DNA of 64,000 nt from NCBI GenBank assembly GCA_040437565.1, contig JBDOQK010000017.1, forward strand, positions 496,001-560,000, in the 5' to 3' direction. The DNA is from Albugo candida. Its lineage: Eukaryota. The translations under genes and the position numbers were made by a program. The notes under the pieces are model-generated. The model worked only from the letters and a program-made list of their open reading frames with translations. It was not told the DNA's origin and searched no databases. The first letter of the stretch is position 1. Every line of letters starts with the position of its first letter. This document shows, piece by piece, positions 1 to 13,353 of this stretch.

Positions 1-2545
1 TTACACTCGAGTAAACATTGTTGTCATTACTCCGGCTGGAGCCATGCCAGATATGAAGAGAGCGATCCCTCGCGTCTCAGGAGCATCGTATTATGCTCGC
101 TTTGACAATTTCAAAGGCTTTGGCAGCTCGCACTGGATCCGGACTGTCAGGAGCCGTTCTCAATCGTCACTAAGGAAGGCGTGTACACACCGACCCGTGT
201 GCCGTAGGGAGCTACCGACTCTGCGATCGATTACCAGAACCAGATGCACACGGTGTATTCCTCATTGTTGCATGACAACTTGCTGGTCTGAATTGATGAC
301 ATTATCATCTTTGCTCGTTATAGAAAGCAATTTGTCGACAAGATTCGCCACTTCTATCAAATGACTGCGAAGTATAGCCTGACGCTAAGTGTCACGAAGC
401 TTTTTCTCTTATGCTTCGAGGTACTGTGGTGCGGCAACATCTTAAGGGAAATAGGATTACGACGTGATCACGATCCACTTGCCGCATTGACATCCATTCC
501 GGCTACGTGATTCGGTCATAGACTTCTCTCGCACTGAAGCACCGCACTCCGACAAACGCGACTCTGTACTTTCGAAAACGAGTCGCACTAAACGTATTGC
601 AGCCGGTATCTCATTGACATCGCCATCTGCTGAACTTGACGCATACAATGCTTTCCTCGTTGCCCTCCGCCAGTCCGCTCAGCATTCGCTCCCACAAGAT
701 CAGTCAACCTTCTGTTTGTTTACCGACGTATCCAACTGTGGATGGGCTCTCATTTCTACCCAGGTTCGTATGTACCAGGACGACAAACCAGTTAGAAAAC
801 AAGCCCATGAGTTGCTTGCATGTTTGGGTGGCATTTTCCGTGGAGAACAGATTAAGTGGTCAGTCACGGAAAAGGAAGGATACCTGATCATTAAAACATG
901 TATTCAACTGGAGTTCCTGCTGGCTCGAGCTCGTCGATTTCGCCTTTTTTGCGATGACGTGCCCTACTGATATGATATTAAACATCTCAGCGGTGAGAGT
1001 AATGTGTTGGCTGACATTGTTTATCGTTGGATTGCCCCATCCCATCCTGGGAATGTCACTGCGTATGCTATGCGATTTCGCAGTAAACCACAGCTCTCAC
1101 CACTCCGCCCACTCCAAACACCGATGTTTGTCTATCCGTCGGTCAAGAGGATCGTCACGCTTCATCAGTGCTCGTCAAGCCTCCCTGCTCCCCTTCCTGC
1201 AGATGGATCGCCTATCCTAGTAGCGGGAACGTACTGCTACCTACGGGAGCAGATCACCTCATCATGCGTGTGTTCATAGTTACGCACTGTAGTGTGCGCG
1301 GACACCGTGGCGTTCACTTAATGGTCAACATTATCATGGTAGAAAACCTCCAGCGCAAGGTGCAAGCATTGGTGACGACATGTCAAGGTCAGTTGATTGT
1401 ACATCGAGATTGATCGACAGCTAATGTCGCCACCGAGCGCAATGAAAGCCTTTTTATGGACTATTCTATCTTGGCGATAGCATCTCAGGTGCTAAATATT
1501 TCCTTGTGCGTAAGAATGCTTTCAGCCCCTTATGTGAGGTAATTACTTCCCGCAATGCAATTGGTCGGGGCGCAGCTGACGCAATTATCAGTTGGTTCAA
1601 GCGCTTTGGTTTGCCGATTTCCCTCAAGATCGACAATGGAACGCATTTTCGCAACTAAGTCATTGCTACTGTCACCGCTAACCTCGGTATGACGCACAAG
1701 CTATCTCCAGTCTACGCTCCTTGGCTTAATGGATCCGTCGAGCGCGTCAATCGCGACGTTTTACAGGATGCACGCGCGATGTTGCCCGAAGCCCATCTCG
1801 ATGTGCGGAATTGGGACATTATACTCCCGATAAGTCAGTCCTGCGTCAACCATTCTCCCGTCCAGATCCTGGGTAAAAAGTGCCCAATGGAGATTTTCAC
1901 AGGTCTCCCATCGCCGCCTTTGCTGGTCTCTTTTATCGCGCACGATGGCAACAGCAGCATCCCTTTAACGGTAAATACTGACTCGGTAGCGCAGCAGTCA
2001 AAGAAACCTATGATTCGTCTACAGCAGATGGGCAAGGTTGTGAAATCTAGCAAGCGTGGCCTTCAGCATGCTGTTCCCGATGCATCAATCGGCGCTGCTG
2101 CCAATTTTGAAGTAGGCGATTTCGTATTGCGGTCGCGCGTTGACCCTCAGCTACGGGTACGTTGTGTTGGCCGCTTTGTTGTCACTGAGATCAAGGAGCA
2201 TTGCTTTGAAGGTGTAATTTGATCACCATGGCTCGGAATGACGTGCATGGATCAAGACTTCAGCTTCATTCAGTAACTGCACTCGAATACACGAAGAACA
2301 ACGTGAACACATATCTACACAGGGATTGGTACACGGTGTTCGTAAGATCTGTGACCTACGCTATAATATTCCGGCACCGGCATGGGAGCTTAGGATCGCC
2401 TGGGTTGGGCTTGCGGATGCTGACGCTTCGTGGGAGCCGTTCCCCAGCATCAATGCGGGTGTCCCCGATATAGTGTATGCATTCTATTATGCACAGCCAT
2501 AGTCGCCTGAAGTCATACGCCTCCAGCATGAGCTCCAGTAATTTT
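1..2545 (+). mobile_element. Degenerate Ty3/Gypsy (chromodomain-bearing) LTR retrotransposon pol remnant: RT - RNase H - integrase - chromodomain
   Basis: RT motif reads LLV*IDDIIIF at ~280-312 (WIDD with TGG>TGA). RNase H: CLFTDVSNCGWA...WSVTEKEGY (614-970). Integrase core: DNGTHF (~1630), YAPWLNGSVERVNR (1689-2222). Chromodomain-like WELRIAWVGLADADASWEP (~2380-2440). Domain order is Gypsy; many stops and frameshifts. Confidence 0.9.
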
Positions 2546-2566
2546 CGCCTTCAGAAAGGGGTGCAT

Positions 2567-2960
2567 TGTGGATTAGAAGGTCTCACATTCTTGACACCTC
2601 TGATCCGGTAGTCAAGAAAACCCACCCCCTAAAGCGCCGGTACAGCTAAGTCTAGGAGGGACACAGTGGCGCCAAAGATTATAGCATGCATGTTAACTTT
2701 TTTAATACACATCTCAACTTGCCTTCAAGCGAACGGATCCACCATAAAATTCTTATTTGCGATGAACTACGAACAAAAACGGTCACCAATTTAAGCGGAT
2801 CTCTCCGTAAGTCAAACAGAACTTGAGGCGTGTACACAATGCAGCGAGACCAAGTTATTCTGGATGATTTCATGGCGCGATCTTAATTTGCAATCGATGC
2901 CCAGAAGTGGATCAGGCCGCGCTAAGTATTACTAAAATCGCTTTCAAATACCCTTCTACA
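2567..2960 (+). repeat. Probable 3' LTR of the Gypsy element, preceded by a polypurine tract
   Basis: Purine run AGAAAGGGG (2553-2561) just after the chromodomain, then TGTGGATTAGAAGG at 2567. Candidate end CCTTCTACA at 2960 is an imperfect inverted terminus. The end is uncertain because the 5' LTR is outside the window. Confidence 0.5.
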
Positions 2961-4423
2961 GCAGATCTAATCAAGTGCCTACGTGAAGCTGGTGACAAGT
3001 TTCAAGCGGTTAACTTCATTTATGATACGAAGTTTTGTGCAACACATTAAGAATCTGCTACACACTTCAAAATGAGAACAAAGCTCCAGGTTGCACAATA
3101 TTATTTTAGCAGGCGCATGTTCTTTATCTGTTACCCGCATCCGATTTTAATACGATTTCATGTGATATGTCGTGCCGAGAAATTGATCGATGAAACAGTG
3201 AAGAAGGCACCCAAGCGCAAACAGCACGATAGTTTCATCGTTCATTTGGTTGGTATAATGTCTGCTTTCACCAAATGTGTGGTATCTTGATATGCACTCC
3301 CATCGTCTGCTAATATTCACCAACTCTCCCTATCTCGAATTCAACGTCATATTAGAAATTTCACTCAAGTCAAGAGAATAGGTAGCTGTCGGAATGGTAC
3401 AAAAAGAATGCACGATGATTTTAGGTTGCAAAGGTAGCTAAACCCGAAACGAAAACGTCTTAGAAATCACTATAAAGAAACCTTGTTTAGCCGTGGTTCG
3501 TGTTTCTTTATTACATGTATCTCTTTTAGGGGCCTCATGTACCTCAGCTGCCCAGCAAAGATCTTCATTTGTTAGTGGAGATAGTCTTGATAATATGCTA
3601 TGGCTGTCTGAAGCTATTTCTCACCAAATCCTTCCACTTGGATTCCGTTTCGGTAAGCTACTAGACTCTTATTTTATCGCCTCGTGGAGTCTCAATAATT
3701 GATCCCTTCGGCACAGATTCGTTCACTTTTCCTGTTGTTACTTTCCATTCCTCAATAATAACAAATTAGCATGAGAACGGTTGTCTCCTTTGCGTTACGA
3801 TACTATACTTCTGCATCAGGTTGTATACCATGTTGTGTGCGTTATTATGAGATCTTCAACAAAAGAACCAAAGCTAAATTCCATTCAAGAACGGCATGTA
3901 TCATTGGCACGAAAGAGTCAGCTGTCAGACATGCGTTTCTTCTACTCAAAGTCCCGTTGTGATTTCCCGAGATCAAACTGTTTACGCTCGGCCATTATTG
4001 AATTCGGATTCAAGATGCTGCACGCGCTTCGTTCAAAAACATGAAAGCAACACAATAGATAGTCACAGTCAGTGCAAGTTTTGGTCTATAGCTTTTAGGC
4101 ACATCACGTCTATTGAAATGATTCATGATCAGCACGCCATATGACGGCAGGCAGGATAAAAGGCCATTACTTCTAGCGCATCGCTTCTTTTTTTCCTACG
4201 AGATACGATTCAGATTACGCGAATGTGTTGCATTATTGATCAAACTATGCCGTGAAGGATGTGAAATAGATTATTCAATCGGCTATAAAGTCATGAAAAG
4301 CAGTCTGCATCATAGTCTACCTAGCGCCGCGAGTTAGTGTAAAATAATCTCCTTCTATTGGACTTATAAGTGGCTGTAGATGTATTGTTATTATACTCTA
4401 ACGGCCAAGGATGGATCCTTATT

Positions 4424-5272
4424 TTAGTGCTCCATTGATGGAGGAATGATGAAGTGGATGCCCAAGTTTCTTGACTTGGAGGAAATTGCGAACACGGTCT
4501 GGATTGTTCTGGAAAGTGCAGCGCCAATGATCCAATCACTTCCACTTCTGAGTTGAACTGCCAAATAACACATATTCCCGGGCCCCTTTGGCACAAAATA
4601 ATTGTCTTTTGTCAGTTGAGCGAAATAGGTATCCCCAACTGTGAACAGGAAGGTCGGAAGTTTCATTTCCTTAATCTTATCACAATTAATTGATACGATT
4701 GGGTGTTTTACAACTGGTCCTGGAAAGGCTTTAATCAATAGATCATAAGCCCAATCTGGGAAATAGCTGTGAAATTGTGAAAAGTTGAAATAGACGCTTC
4801 CTTCTGCATATTCATCGTTAGACCCCGGGTTGGACACGATAATGGCGTTAATTGGACCGATTTGTTCCTCGGTCTTACCAAGATCATAAAAGGCAGTTTC
4901 TACGTCAGCCGGATCCAGATAAATGATTTCCATCATTGGATGGCCATGTAAATCACTCCATTTGATAACGACAGCTCGAGAATCTGATAATTGCAATTCC
5001 TTTTCAAGATTGACGAAGCTGAATAAATCGAAGGCGTATAGTTCGTGTTCTTCCCCTTGTCGAGCTGAATTCGGCAACTTTCTAGCGTCTTTTGCACACA
5101 ATGTGAGAAAAAATTTGTCATTAGGAGGGACGTCAACATGTTTGTTCCTTGGTACCAATACTTGAAGCAATGCTTGATTGCCTTCTATGCCTTGGAGGTA
5201 GAGAGGGATCTCGAATGCATTCAAGTACGGTGAGGCCCAAAAAAGCCAAGCGAGGTGAGGTGGAATGCGCAT
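4424..5272 (-). CDS. Secreted pepsin-like (A1 aspartic protease fold) protein, apparently non-catalytic, 282 aa
   Basis: Intact ORF from ATG 5272 with signal-peptide-like MRIPPHLAWLFWASPYLNA. C-terminal half has the pepsin C-lobe pattern INCDKIKEMKLPTFLFTVG...LTKDNYF...CYLAVQ...WIIGAALSRTIQTVF. No DTG or DSG in the protein. Confidence 0.75.
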   Translation of the reverse strand: MRIPPHLAWLFWASPYLNAFEIPLYLQGIEGNQALLQVLVPRNKHVDVPPNDKFFLTLCAKDARKLPNSARQGEEHELYAFDLFSFVNLEKELQLSDSRAVVIKWSDLHGHPMMEIIYLDPADVETAFYDLGKTEEQIGPINAIIVSNPGSNDEYAEGSVYFNFSQFHSYFPDWAYDLLIKAFPGPVVKHPIVSINCDKIKEMKLPTFLFTVGDTYFAQLTKDNYFVPKGPGNMCYLAVQLRSGSDWIIGAALSRTIQTVFAISSKSRNLGIHFIIPPSMEH

Positions 5273-5283
5273 CGTCTTAGCTG

Positions 5284-5299
5284 GCAAATTTGAAAATGA
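5284..5299 (-). promoter_or_regulatory. Oomycete INR+FPR core promoter element
   Basis: Minus strand reads TCATTTTCAAATTTGC, ending 11 nt before ATG 5272. It fits INR (YCAYTY) plus FPR (MWTTTNC). A CCAAT/ATTGG lies at 5456-5460. Confidence 0.7.
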
Positions 5300-8287
5300 A
5301 TTGCAACTACATCGGCTCCGCTACACCACACAATGCAAACGTGGGATAGAAATATTTTGACAGCTGCATTATAGAAAATTCATGGAAAGTTTAAGGAGTG
5401 ATGGATTTTGAATTCTCTGGAAATTTGGTAAGGAGTATATAGAAGCGATAATCGACCAATGTTTGTGCAGCAAAAATGTGCCATTGTAATTGTTGATGTA
5501 ATCGAATCGAATGTTAATAGGGACTTCATATATACCTCTTAGACTTAATGTTTCATGGCGTTTTACAAGTTCCGCAACAGGATTGAGTGTCGGTGTTGAG
5601 TTGAGTGAAAACAGCTCCTAAAGAATTTCATACATGATGAGTTTGTTCTGAACTATATAATAGGTATAATACACATTTCTGTATATGTCATAAGGAATCT
5701 AGACAAATGCGACGTAGCCTTTTTTTAATGCATTTACGCACGCCAGTAAATTGAGAAATTTTAGAATACCTCCGTAACATAGTATATTGCTCGTTTGATA
5801 CTACAAAAAACCACATACTTATAAATATTGGGTATCCTCAAAAAAGAGCTATAAATTAAACATAATTTAATAGTCTGTCGTTTTTAATACTGCGCGGCTC
5901 CAATTATGTGTACATTTGACATGAGAAACAGATTGTAGAACGTGTAGAACTAGAGCCGTCATACATGTACATGTCTGCATTCCAATGTTTTCTTGATCGC
6001 CGCAATGGTTACTATATCCGATATGGATGCCATGCAGTTCTGCGTCGGGATCGTGTGCTATACACTACGGAAAAGGCAATTTCGGGAACCTGTCGCTAAG
6101 AAAATGGCTTATGATGCTGATGAGCCAAAACTCTGCACAGAAACGAGCTTCACAGTCAAAAGACTGGCAGGTGACATTTTCGATTTCTTACTGATACTTA
6201 CGTTCGCCAGTATCATCCGCCAATTGATATGGACCATGAGCAAATTTCTTTACACCTGTTAAGAGCCTTTCAGTCTATTCTGTTGTCATAAGAGACCTGT
6301 CTTAATACCGATTTCTTGAAGCGCTCAAAAGTCCTTATTCTCACAAGAATACCTCTCGTTGCTAGCGACTCCGATGATTGTCTACGGCCGATGTATATCT
6401 CAATCATTGACTAAATCTCCCTGGTTGGGCTGACAGTAAACTACAATCTGTAGAGCAGTCTTTGCAAAAAAGCGTAAAAATGACTCTCTGATGAAAAGCG
6501 CTGGATCCGCAACATTTCCGACTCCCTCCAGTATCAGAATTGGTTGAGTAGTTTTCGAGCATGCTTTGTCCAAATTCTAAAAGCACAGAAGGTCAACAGA
6601 GGATGGGATGTGTTAAGGAGGAATTCCCATATCGACCAGTTGTGATGTCTTGAATGAAAGAAAGGAGTCAAATGCGCCGCTAAACACTGTTCGGTTTAAT
6701 GAGTAGGAGGATTTGAAACCATCCATCCCATAGATACACCATTTCGATACAAATCAGTGCTGATGAAGGAGTCGTATAGACTATCGCTTAATATGATAAT
6801 AACGTATTAAAAGTTTCATTTTCATATTTCTTTTTCGACTCAAGAAAATCGATCAGTTCTCGATCATTTTTGTTGGGGTCCTGCAAATTATCGGTAAACG
6901 TCTGCGGTTGCACTTGATCAATAATGTGCAAGATCGAAACTCTTTCTGGGTTAATCGTTTTGTGGAGACCTCATTGGATTTGAGTGTTGTCTCATACCCT
7001 TAGCCTGTCTCATGAGGTTTTCTCTTGTGCTGTGTGATTGTACTCGACTCATCTTGTCTTAGATTTTTGGAATTGGTCGTCCTTTTCGGCAATTTCATTT
7101 TGTCGCATTCGACGCTATTGAAATTCAGGAAGAAGAGCAAGCAAGTCATCACAGATAGGGTTCCATGCAGTCGTAGATGCAAGCGATAATGTAAGCAGTG
7201 TATCCCAAGCCGGATTGTGAACGAGCTTGAAGACTACCATCCACCTTTGTATTGCATTGTCTTTCTTGTTGCTCATGACAGCTGCAGCTCTTAAACTTGT
7301 CGAAGCCTCCCTAAGAAGCTCTTCCATGTCAGGGGAAGTGAAATGGTATTTCAGAAATTTTAAAGACTCACCTCTACGTGGAGACGACACAAGTGATCCA
7401 ATCAGTTCAACCAGGTCGACCACATCAATTCGACGAAGAAGTGGTATTCTCATCATAAAATATTCGCTAAACCGTTACTGAAGTAATCTGTACTATTGCG
7501 CAACGTGACATCATTCGACACACCTCCTGTGACTTCCACATCCACCTTCTCTGAGCGATCAATAACCTTTACTACTCTTAGTCGATTTCTTCGTCTTCTC
7601 GGTCTTCTTCTTCATATGCATTGAAGGTACTCTGTCATCCATAGTCGAGATTGTAAGGAGTGGAAGGAGTCATCGGATTCTAAGATGCTTTTCTGAGCAA
7701 CAGCAAGCAATGTCACACCAAACGCTTTGCTCATATATATCAAGCAGCATCTCAATGTAAGTTCTGTGCTGTCAACGTAATTCTATTGACTGCAGTAGGA
7801 AGCAACCTCTTAGGGACTCATATAGACTTGTCTAACTGTCCTTTCACAGCTTGTCTTGGTAAACAAATTATGTTGAAAGAGTAGCTCAACTCACTAATTC
7901 AAGTCCGCCATGCATTCAAGTATCATGCAAAGATGTTCCTAAAGCACTGGTTGTATATATTCAACCCTGACTGCGGCTTAAATGCTGATACACGTCAATT
8001 TATCATGCTGTTGAAGGTCTCGAGTCATCCTTCTGTTAGAGCACGAATCTACCTTAAAGGATTGTGAGCGTTTTTCCGATCAGTAATGTTATTGTGATGC
8101 TTTGGTTCAAATCTGACATGTCTTTCTTGCCTGAAGGTCACATCGCACAAAAATAATTCACATGGAGACACTACCCATGTGATTCGTGACTATCCATTGA
8201 AGAATTCTATTTTATTTACCAATAGTTCGACTCTTCGATAACGGAGTGCACTCTTCGTTGTCATCTCCTGGTACGACGATACGTGTA

Positions 8288-9821
8288 TACCAGGTATTGT
8301 TATTGACATATGGTGTTCATAAGCGCCTCTACGACAAAAGAAAACAGCTTGATGTTCGGTTCGCGTTCTCAACGATCTCACCGATCCATACTCGAGGATA
8401 GCACGCTATTTGGTTGATTCTGGGTATCGTAGAGAATCATTTTGCAACAAAGCGACAAGATTGTGATCTTGTGGAATGTGCAAACAGTATCTATTCTGAT
8501 CTTCGGAACTCCCTGCTTTTACTTATGGAGTCATTCTAGTCTTGTTCCATAAAAAAGTCAGTTCTTGACCCAAATTTTTTTCTAAAATCTCTATACTGAG
8601 ATGTACAGGGGGCTTCAATCATGGTGGGAATTGACTGCATTTGTGGATAACGGCAGGTCGCATAACGGAATGGTCTTATAGGAGCTGCTTAGCATGTAAG
8701 AACTCCTTTGAGGTCTTCACATTGCATGAGATTCGCTGATAAATTGACCGAATTTCTCTCATGTTCTGGCATGATCAATCTAACACAGTAATGAGTGTAT
8801 TAAAGATGTATCATCCGGGTAGCAAATTTGCACGGGAAGCCATGATCTCTAAATGTAGACTCTTGTCTAAGCTATTATGCAAAATCAACGAAACGAAACA
8901 GAAGGATAAAGCAAAGCAACGTGGTATGTGATAGTGAGTGATGAAATCAATTCGTCCAGACTTGGAAAACTAGTCAACAAGAACGTTGTCTTCCCAAAAA
9001 CACCNNNNNNNNNNNNNNNNNNNNNNNNNNNNNNNNNNNNNNNNNNNNNNNNNNNNNNNNNNNNNNNNNNNNNNNNNNNNNNNNNNNNNNNNNNNNNNNN
9101 NNNNTACCAGGTATTGTTATTGACATATGGTGTTCATAAGCGCCTCTACGACAAAAGAAAACAGCTTGATGTTCGGTTCGCGTTCTCAACGATCTCACCG
9201 ATCCATACTCGAGGATAGCACGCTATTTGGTTGATTCTGGGTATCGTAGAGAATCATTTTGCAACAAAGCGACAAGATTGTGATCTTGTGGAATGTGCAA
9301 ACAGTATCTATTCTGATCTTCGGAACTCCCTGCTTTTACTTATGGAGTCATTCTAGTCTTGTTCCATAAAAAAGTCAGTTCTTGACCCAAATTTTTTTCT
9401 AAAATCTCTATACTGAGATGTACAGGGGGCTTCAATCATGGTGGGAATTGACTGCATTTGTGGATAACGGCAGGTCGCATAACGGAATGGTCTTATAGGA
9501 GCTGCTTAGCATGTAAGAACTCCTTTGAGGTCTTCACATTGCATGAGATTCGCTGATAAATTGACCGAATTTCTCTCATGTTCTGGCATGATCAATCTAA
9601 CACAGTAATGAGTGTATTAAAGATGTATCATCCGGGTAGCAAATTTGCACGGGAAGCCATGATCTCTAAATGTAGACTCTTGTCTAAGCTATTATGCAAA
9701 ATCAACGAAACGAAACAGAAGGATAAAGCAAAGCAACGTGGTATGTGATAGTGAGTGATGAAATCAATTCGTCCAGACTTGGAAAACTAGTCAACAAGAA
9801 CGTTGTCTTCCCAAAAACACC
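8288..9821. repeat. Gap-flanking direct duplication, 8288-9004 = 9105-9821 (likely assembly overlap)
   Basis: 717-bp copies that look identical, abutting the 100-N gap. Confidence 0.9.
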
Positions 9822-9951
9822 GTTATAAGTAGCTGTGGGTCTTCAATCGGGTATTCCTACAAGTCAAGCGATCGAAGTCCCGTACCTTTTTTGTTCTTTC
9901 TGCTTGTGTTCAGGAATGATCACTCTGGGACAGGAGTTTCAACAGAAATAC

Positions 9952-12900
9952 AAGACTGTTCGTCGTCTTCAGAAAGCGAATTCTGCACTGAAGTCGTAAT
10001 ATAGGGAGCAAAAAGCCGTTCGTGTGGTATCTTAGCGCTTGTTATTTTTTAATGACGTTGGAGCAGGAAGATTTGCTACGTGCACATTTTCGCTTTTTAC
10101 CAGCTTTTCGGTAATTGATAAACCATCGAGTAAGGATCCCGATGGTAGAAACTTTCACCGGAATCTGATGTGTTGCGGTTACCTGAGTGAGAATCAATAT
10201 TTGTTTGATGAATGCGCCGACCCTATCAAATATGAGATCCTTGTCTCGTAGAGCGATAAGATGTATGCGCGACTTATATCTGTATACAAAACGTCATATG
10301 GTACGTACCCAAATGGGAAATACTATGTGTCCGCTGGCTCTTTTAAATTCAGTCATGAGCTCTTTCGTCGTGCTCTGAATTGGGTTGACTCCCATTAAAA
10401 ATTGCGTGTAAGGTAGAACTGATCAAAGTGCATCTTTCTGCAGCAAACAATTAACAGGATGAAATGGGTAGTGGATATGTCCAAATTGGTTTGGATCACG
10501 AATTCAATTAGATCCTTGGAAGCAGATGGAATGATATGAAAATTATGTGCTTACTTAAATGTCCAAAAATGTATCAAACCGAGCTCACGAAGGATTGGCT
10601 CGACGAATTCCCTCTCGTGTTATAGATACTGGTTGTACAAACAACTCAGTCGCTCAGAAAGTGGGAAACCCTCGATATTTTCGGAAAGGACAATACACCC
10701 ACTTTTTTTGGATTGGAGAGGAGAGGAGTAGATTTTATCTCATCAAAAATTCGCGATGTGATCAACCAACGTGTTGGCGTTGATGCTATTCTGTGAAGCG
10801 TAGGGGAACGGATCAAGAAGTACATTTTCGAACTGAGACGATTCAGATATGATCCGATCAATAAATACCAGTACGGAAAGTAAACAAAATGGTCATCTAT
10901 ACAAGTTCAAATGGGACCATGCTCACTATCAACCAAGTATGATCAGATTGACAAAATTGTTCTATCCTGAGCTCACTAGCGATCATGTTTGTCAATTTGA
11001 CGGGAAGTCACTGGATCGTTCTATGGTTTGTGCGAAGCTACATTCGAATCCGTACAAGAAACAAAACAAATGCAATTCAATCACGCATATCTTTCAAACT
11101 TTCTCCCGTCATGGGCTCATGATGCTTTTATAGATGCAATCATGAAAGAAGCACCAAATTCAAAACTTGATGACCTGGATGGCTTTAATTGCGATAAAAT
11201 CAAATATATCAAGCTTCTGACATATGAATTCAAATTTCAAGGACACTTAAAAATTTATGGACTAACACATGCCAACTATTTCAAGGAATCTGTCCTACCT
11301 AGAAATAGATGCTTCCTGGCAGTGCAAAAATCCGAAAGAAACAATATATGGTCACTTCGTGGTCAATTTATCAAAACTTACGACACCGTGCTCTGAAGGT
11401 CATCAGAAGAACAAATTTGCCTGAATATTATTTTAAGTGTTACATTGATATATCCCCATATCTTACCGAGTCGCTACAATCAAGCTCTTTCTTCTCGTCT
11501 GCACCTTGTTTCTCATTGAAAGAAAGGGAATACAAATTTTGTCGCATCATTCGTCTGAATAATGCGATATTGCTTAGCACCTCCCCACACATACCACAAG
11601 CTNNNNNNNNNNNNNNNNNNNNNNNNNNNNNNNNNNNNNNNNNNNNNNNNNNNNNNNNNNNNNNNNNNNNNNNNNNNNNNNNNNNNNNNNNNNNNNNNNN
11701 NNAAGACTGTTCGTCGTCTTCAGAAAGCGAATTCTGCACTGAAGTCGTAATATAGGGAGCAAAAAGCCGTTCGTGTGGTATCTTAGCGCTTGTTATTTTT
11801 TAATGACGTTGGAGCAGGAAGATTTGCTACGTGCACATTTTCGCTTTTTACCAGCTTTTCGGTAATTGATAAACCATCGAGTAAGGATCCCGATGGTAGA
11901 AACTTTCACCGGAATCTGATGTGTTGCGGTTACCTGAGTGAGAATCAATATTTGTTTGATGAATGCGCCGACCCTATCAAATATGAGATCCTTGTCTCGT
12001 AGAGCGATAAGATGTATGCGCGACTTATATCTGTATACAAAACGTCATATGGTACGTACCCAAATGGGAAATACTATGTGTCCGCTGGCTCTTTTAAATT
12101 CAGTCATGAGCTCTTTCGTCGTGCTCTGAATTGGGTTGACTCCCATTAAAAATTGCGTGTAAGGTAGAACTGATCAAAGTGCATCTTTCTGCAGCAAACA
12201 ATTAACAGGATGAAATGGGTAGTGGATATGTCCAAATTGGTTTGGATCACGAATTCAATTAGATCCTTGGAAGCAGATGGAATGATATGAAAATTATGTG
12301 CTTACTTAAATGTCCAAAAATGTATCAAACCGAGCTCACGAAGGATTGGCTCGACGAATTCCCTCTCGTGTTATAGATACTGGTTGTACAAACAACTCAG
12401 TCGCTCAGAAAGTGGGAAACCCTCGATATTTTCGGAAAGGACAATACACCCACTTTTTTTGGATTGGAGAGGAGAGGAGTAGATTTTATCTCATCAAAAA
12501 TTCGCGATGTGATCAACCAACGTGTTGGCGTTGATGCTATTCTGTGAAGCGTAGGGGAACGGATCAAGAAGTACATTTTCGAACTGAGACGATTCAGATA
12601 TGATCCGATCAATAAATACCAGTACGGAAAGTAAACAAAATGGTCATCTATACAAGTTCAAATGGGACCATGCTCACTATCAACCAAGTATGATCAGATT
12701 GACAAAATTGTTCTATCCTGAGCTCACTAGCGATCATGTTTGTCAATTTGACGGGAAGTCACTGGATCGTTCTATGGTTTGTGCGAAGCTACATTCGAAT
12801 CCGTACAAGAAACAAAACAAATGCAATTCAATCACGCATATCTTTCAAACTTTCTCCCGTCATGGGCTCATGATGCTTTTATAGATGCAATCATGAAAGA

Positions 12901-13353
12901 AGCACCAAATTCAAAACTTGATGACCTGGATGGCTTTAATTGCGATAAAATCAAATATATCAAGCTTCTGACATATGAATTCAAATTTCAAGGACACTTA
13001 AAAATTTATGGACTAACACATGCCAACTATTTCAAGGAATCTGTCCTACCTAGAAATAGATGCTTCCTGGCAGTGCAAAAATCCGAAAGAAACAATATAT
13101 GGTCACTTCGTGGTCAATTTATCAAAACTTACGACACCGTGCTCTGAAGGTCATCAGAAGAACAAATTTGCCTGAATATTATTTTAAGTGTTACATTGAT
13201 ATATCCCCATATCTTACCGAGTCGCTACAATCAAGCTCTTTCTTCTCGTCTGCACCTTGTTTCTCATTGAAAGAAAGGGAATACAAATTTTGTCGCATCA
13301 TTCGTCTGAATAATGCGATATTGCTTAGCACCTCCCCACACATACCACAAGCT
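9952..13353. repeat. Gap-flanking direct duplication, 9952-11602 = 11703-13353 (likely assembly overlap)
   Basis: 1651-bp copies with identical ORF translations on both sides of the gap. Confidence 0.9.
10355..11396 (+). pseudogene. Disrupted paralogue of the pepsin-like secreted protein (repeated at ~12106-13147 by the overlap)
   Basis: ORF 11028-11396 (FLPSWAHDAFIDAI...FNCDKIKYIKLLTYEFKF...LTHANYF...CFLAVQ...WSLRGQFIKTYDTVL) aligns by eye with 4424-5272 (YFPDWAYDLLIKAF...INCDKIKEMKLPTFLF...LTKDNYF...CYLAVQ...WIIG). Upstream pieces (MKLCA, QIDKIVLS) are split by stops and frameshifts. The 5' boundary is approximate. Confidence 0.7.

Noticed and set aside
5273-5287. TTG start given by the ORF track
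   Set aside because: The gene is eukaryotic, the TTG lies within the INR-FPR element, and ATG 5272 gives a clean signal peptide.
6400-7750. RxLR-dEER-like effector relic on the minus strand (MSKAFGVTLLAVA..., EEEDREDEE, ORF 7115-7456)
   Set aside because: It may be a decayed gene, but there is no RxLR, the pieces are in different frames, and no family could be assigned.
10619-10640. VIDTGC as a retained catalytic aspartate in the pepsin-like pseudogene
   Set aside because: I could not establish that this frame is the homologous one, and the intact paralogue has no counterpart. It may be coincidental.
11703-13353. Recent tandem duplication of the pepsin-like pseudogene
   Set aside because: Identical copies abut a 100-N gap, as at most other gaps here, so this is most likely an assembly overlap.
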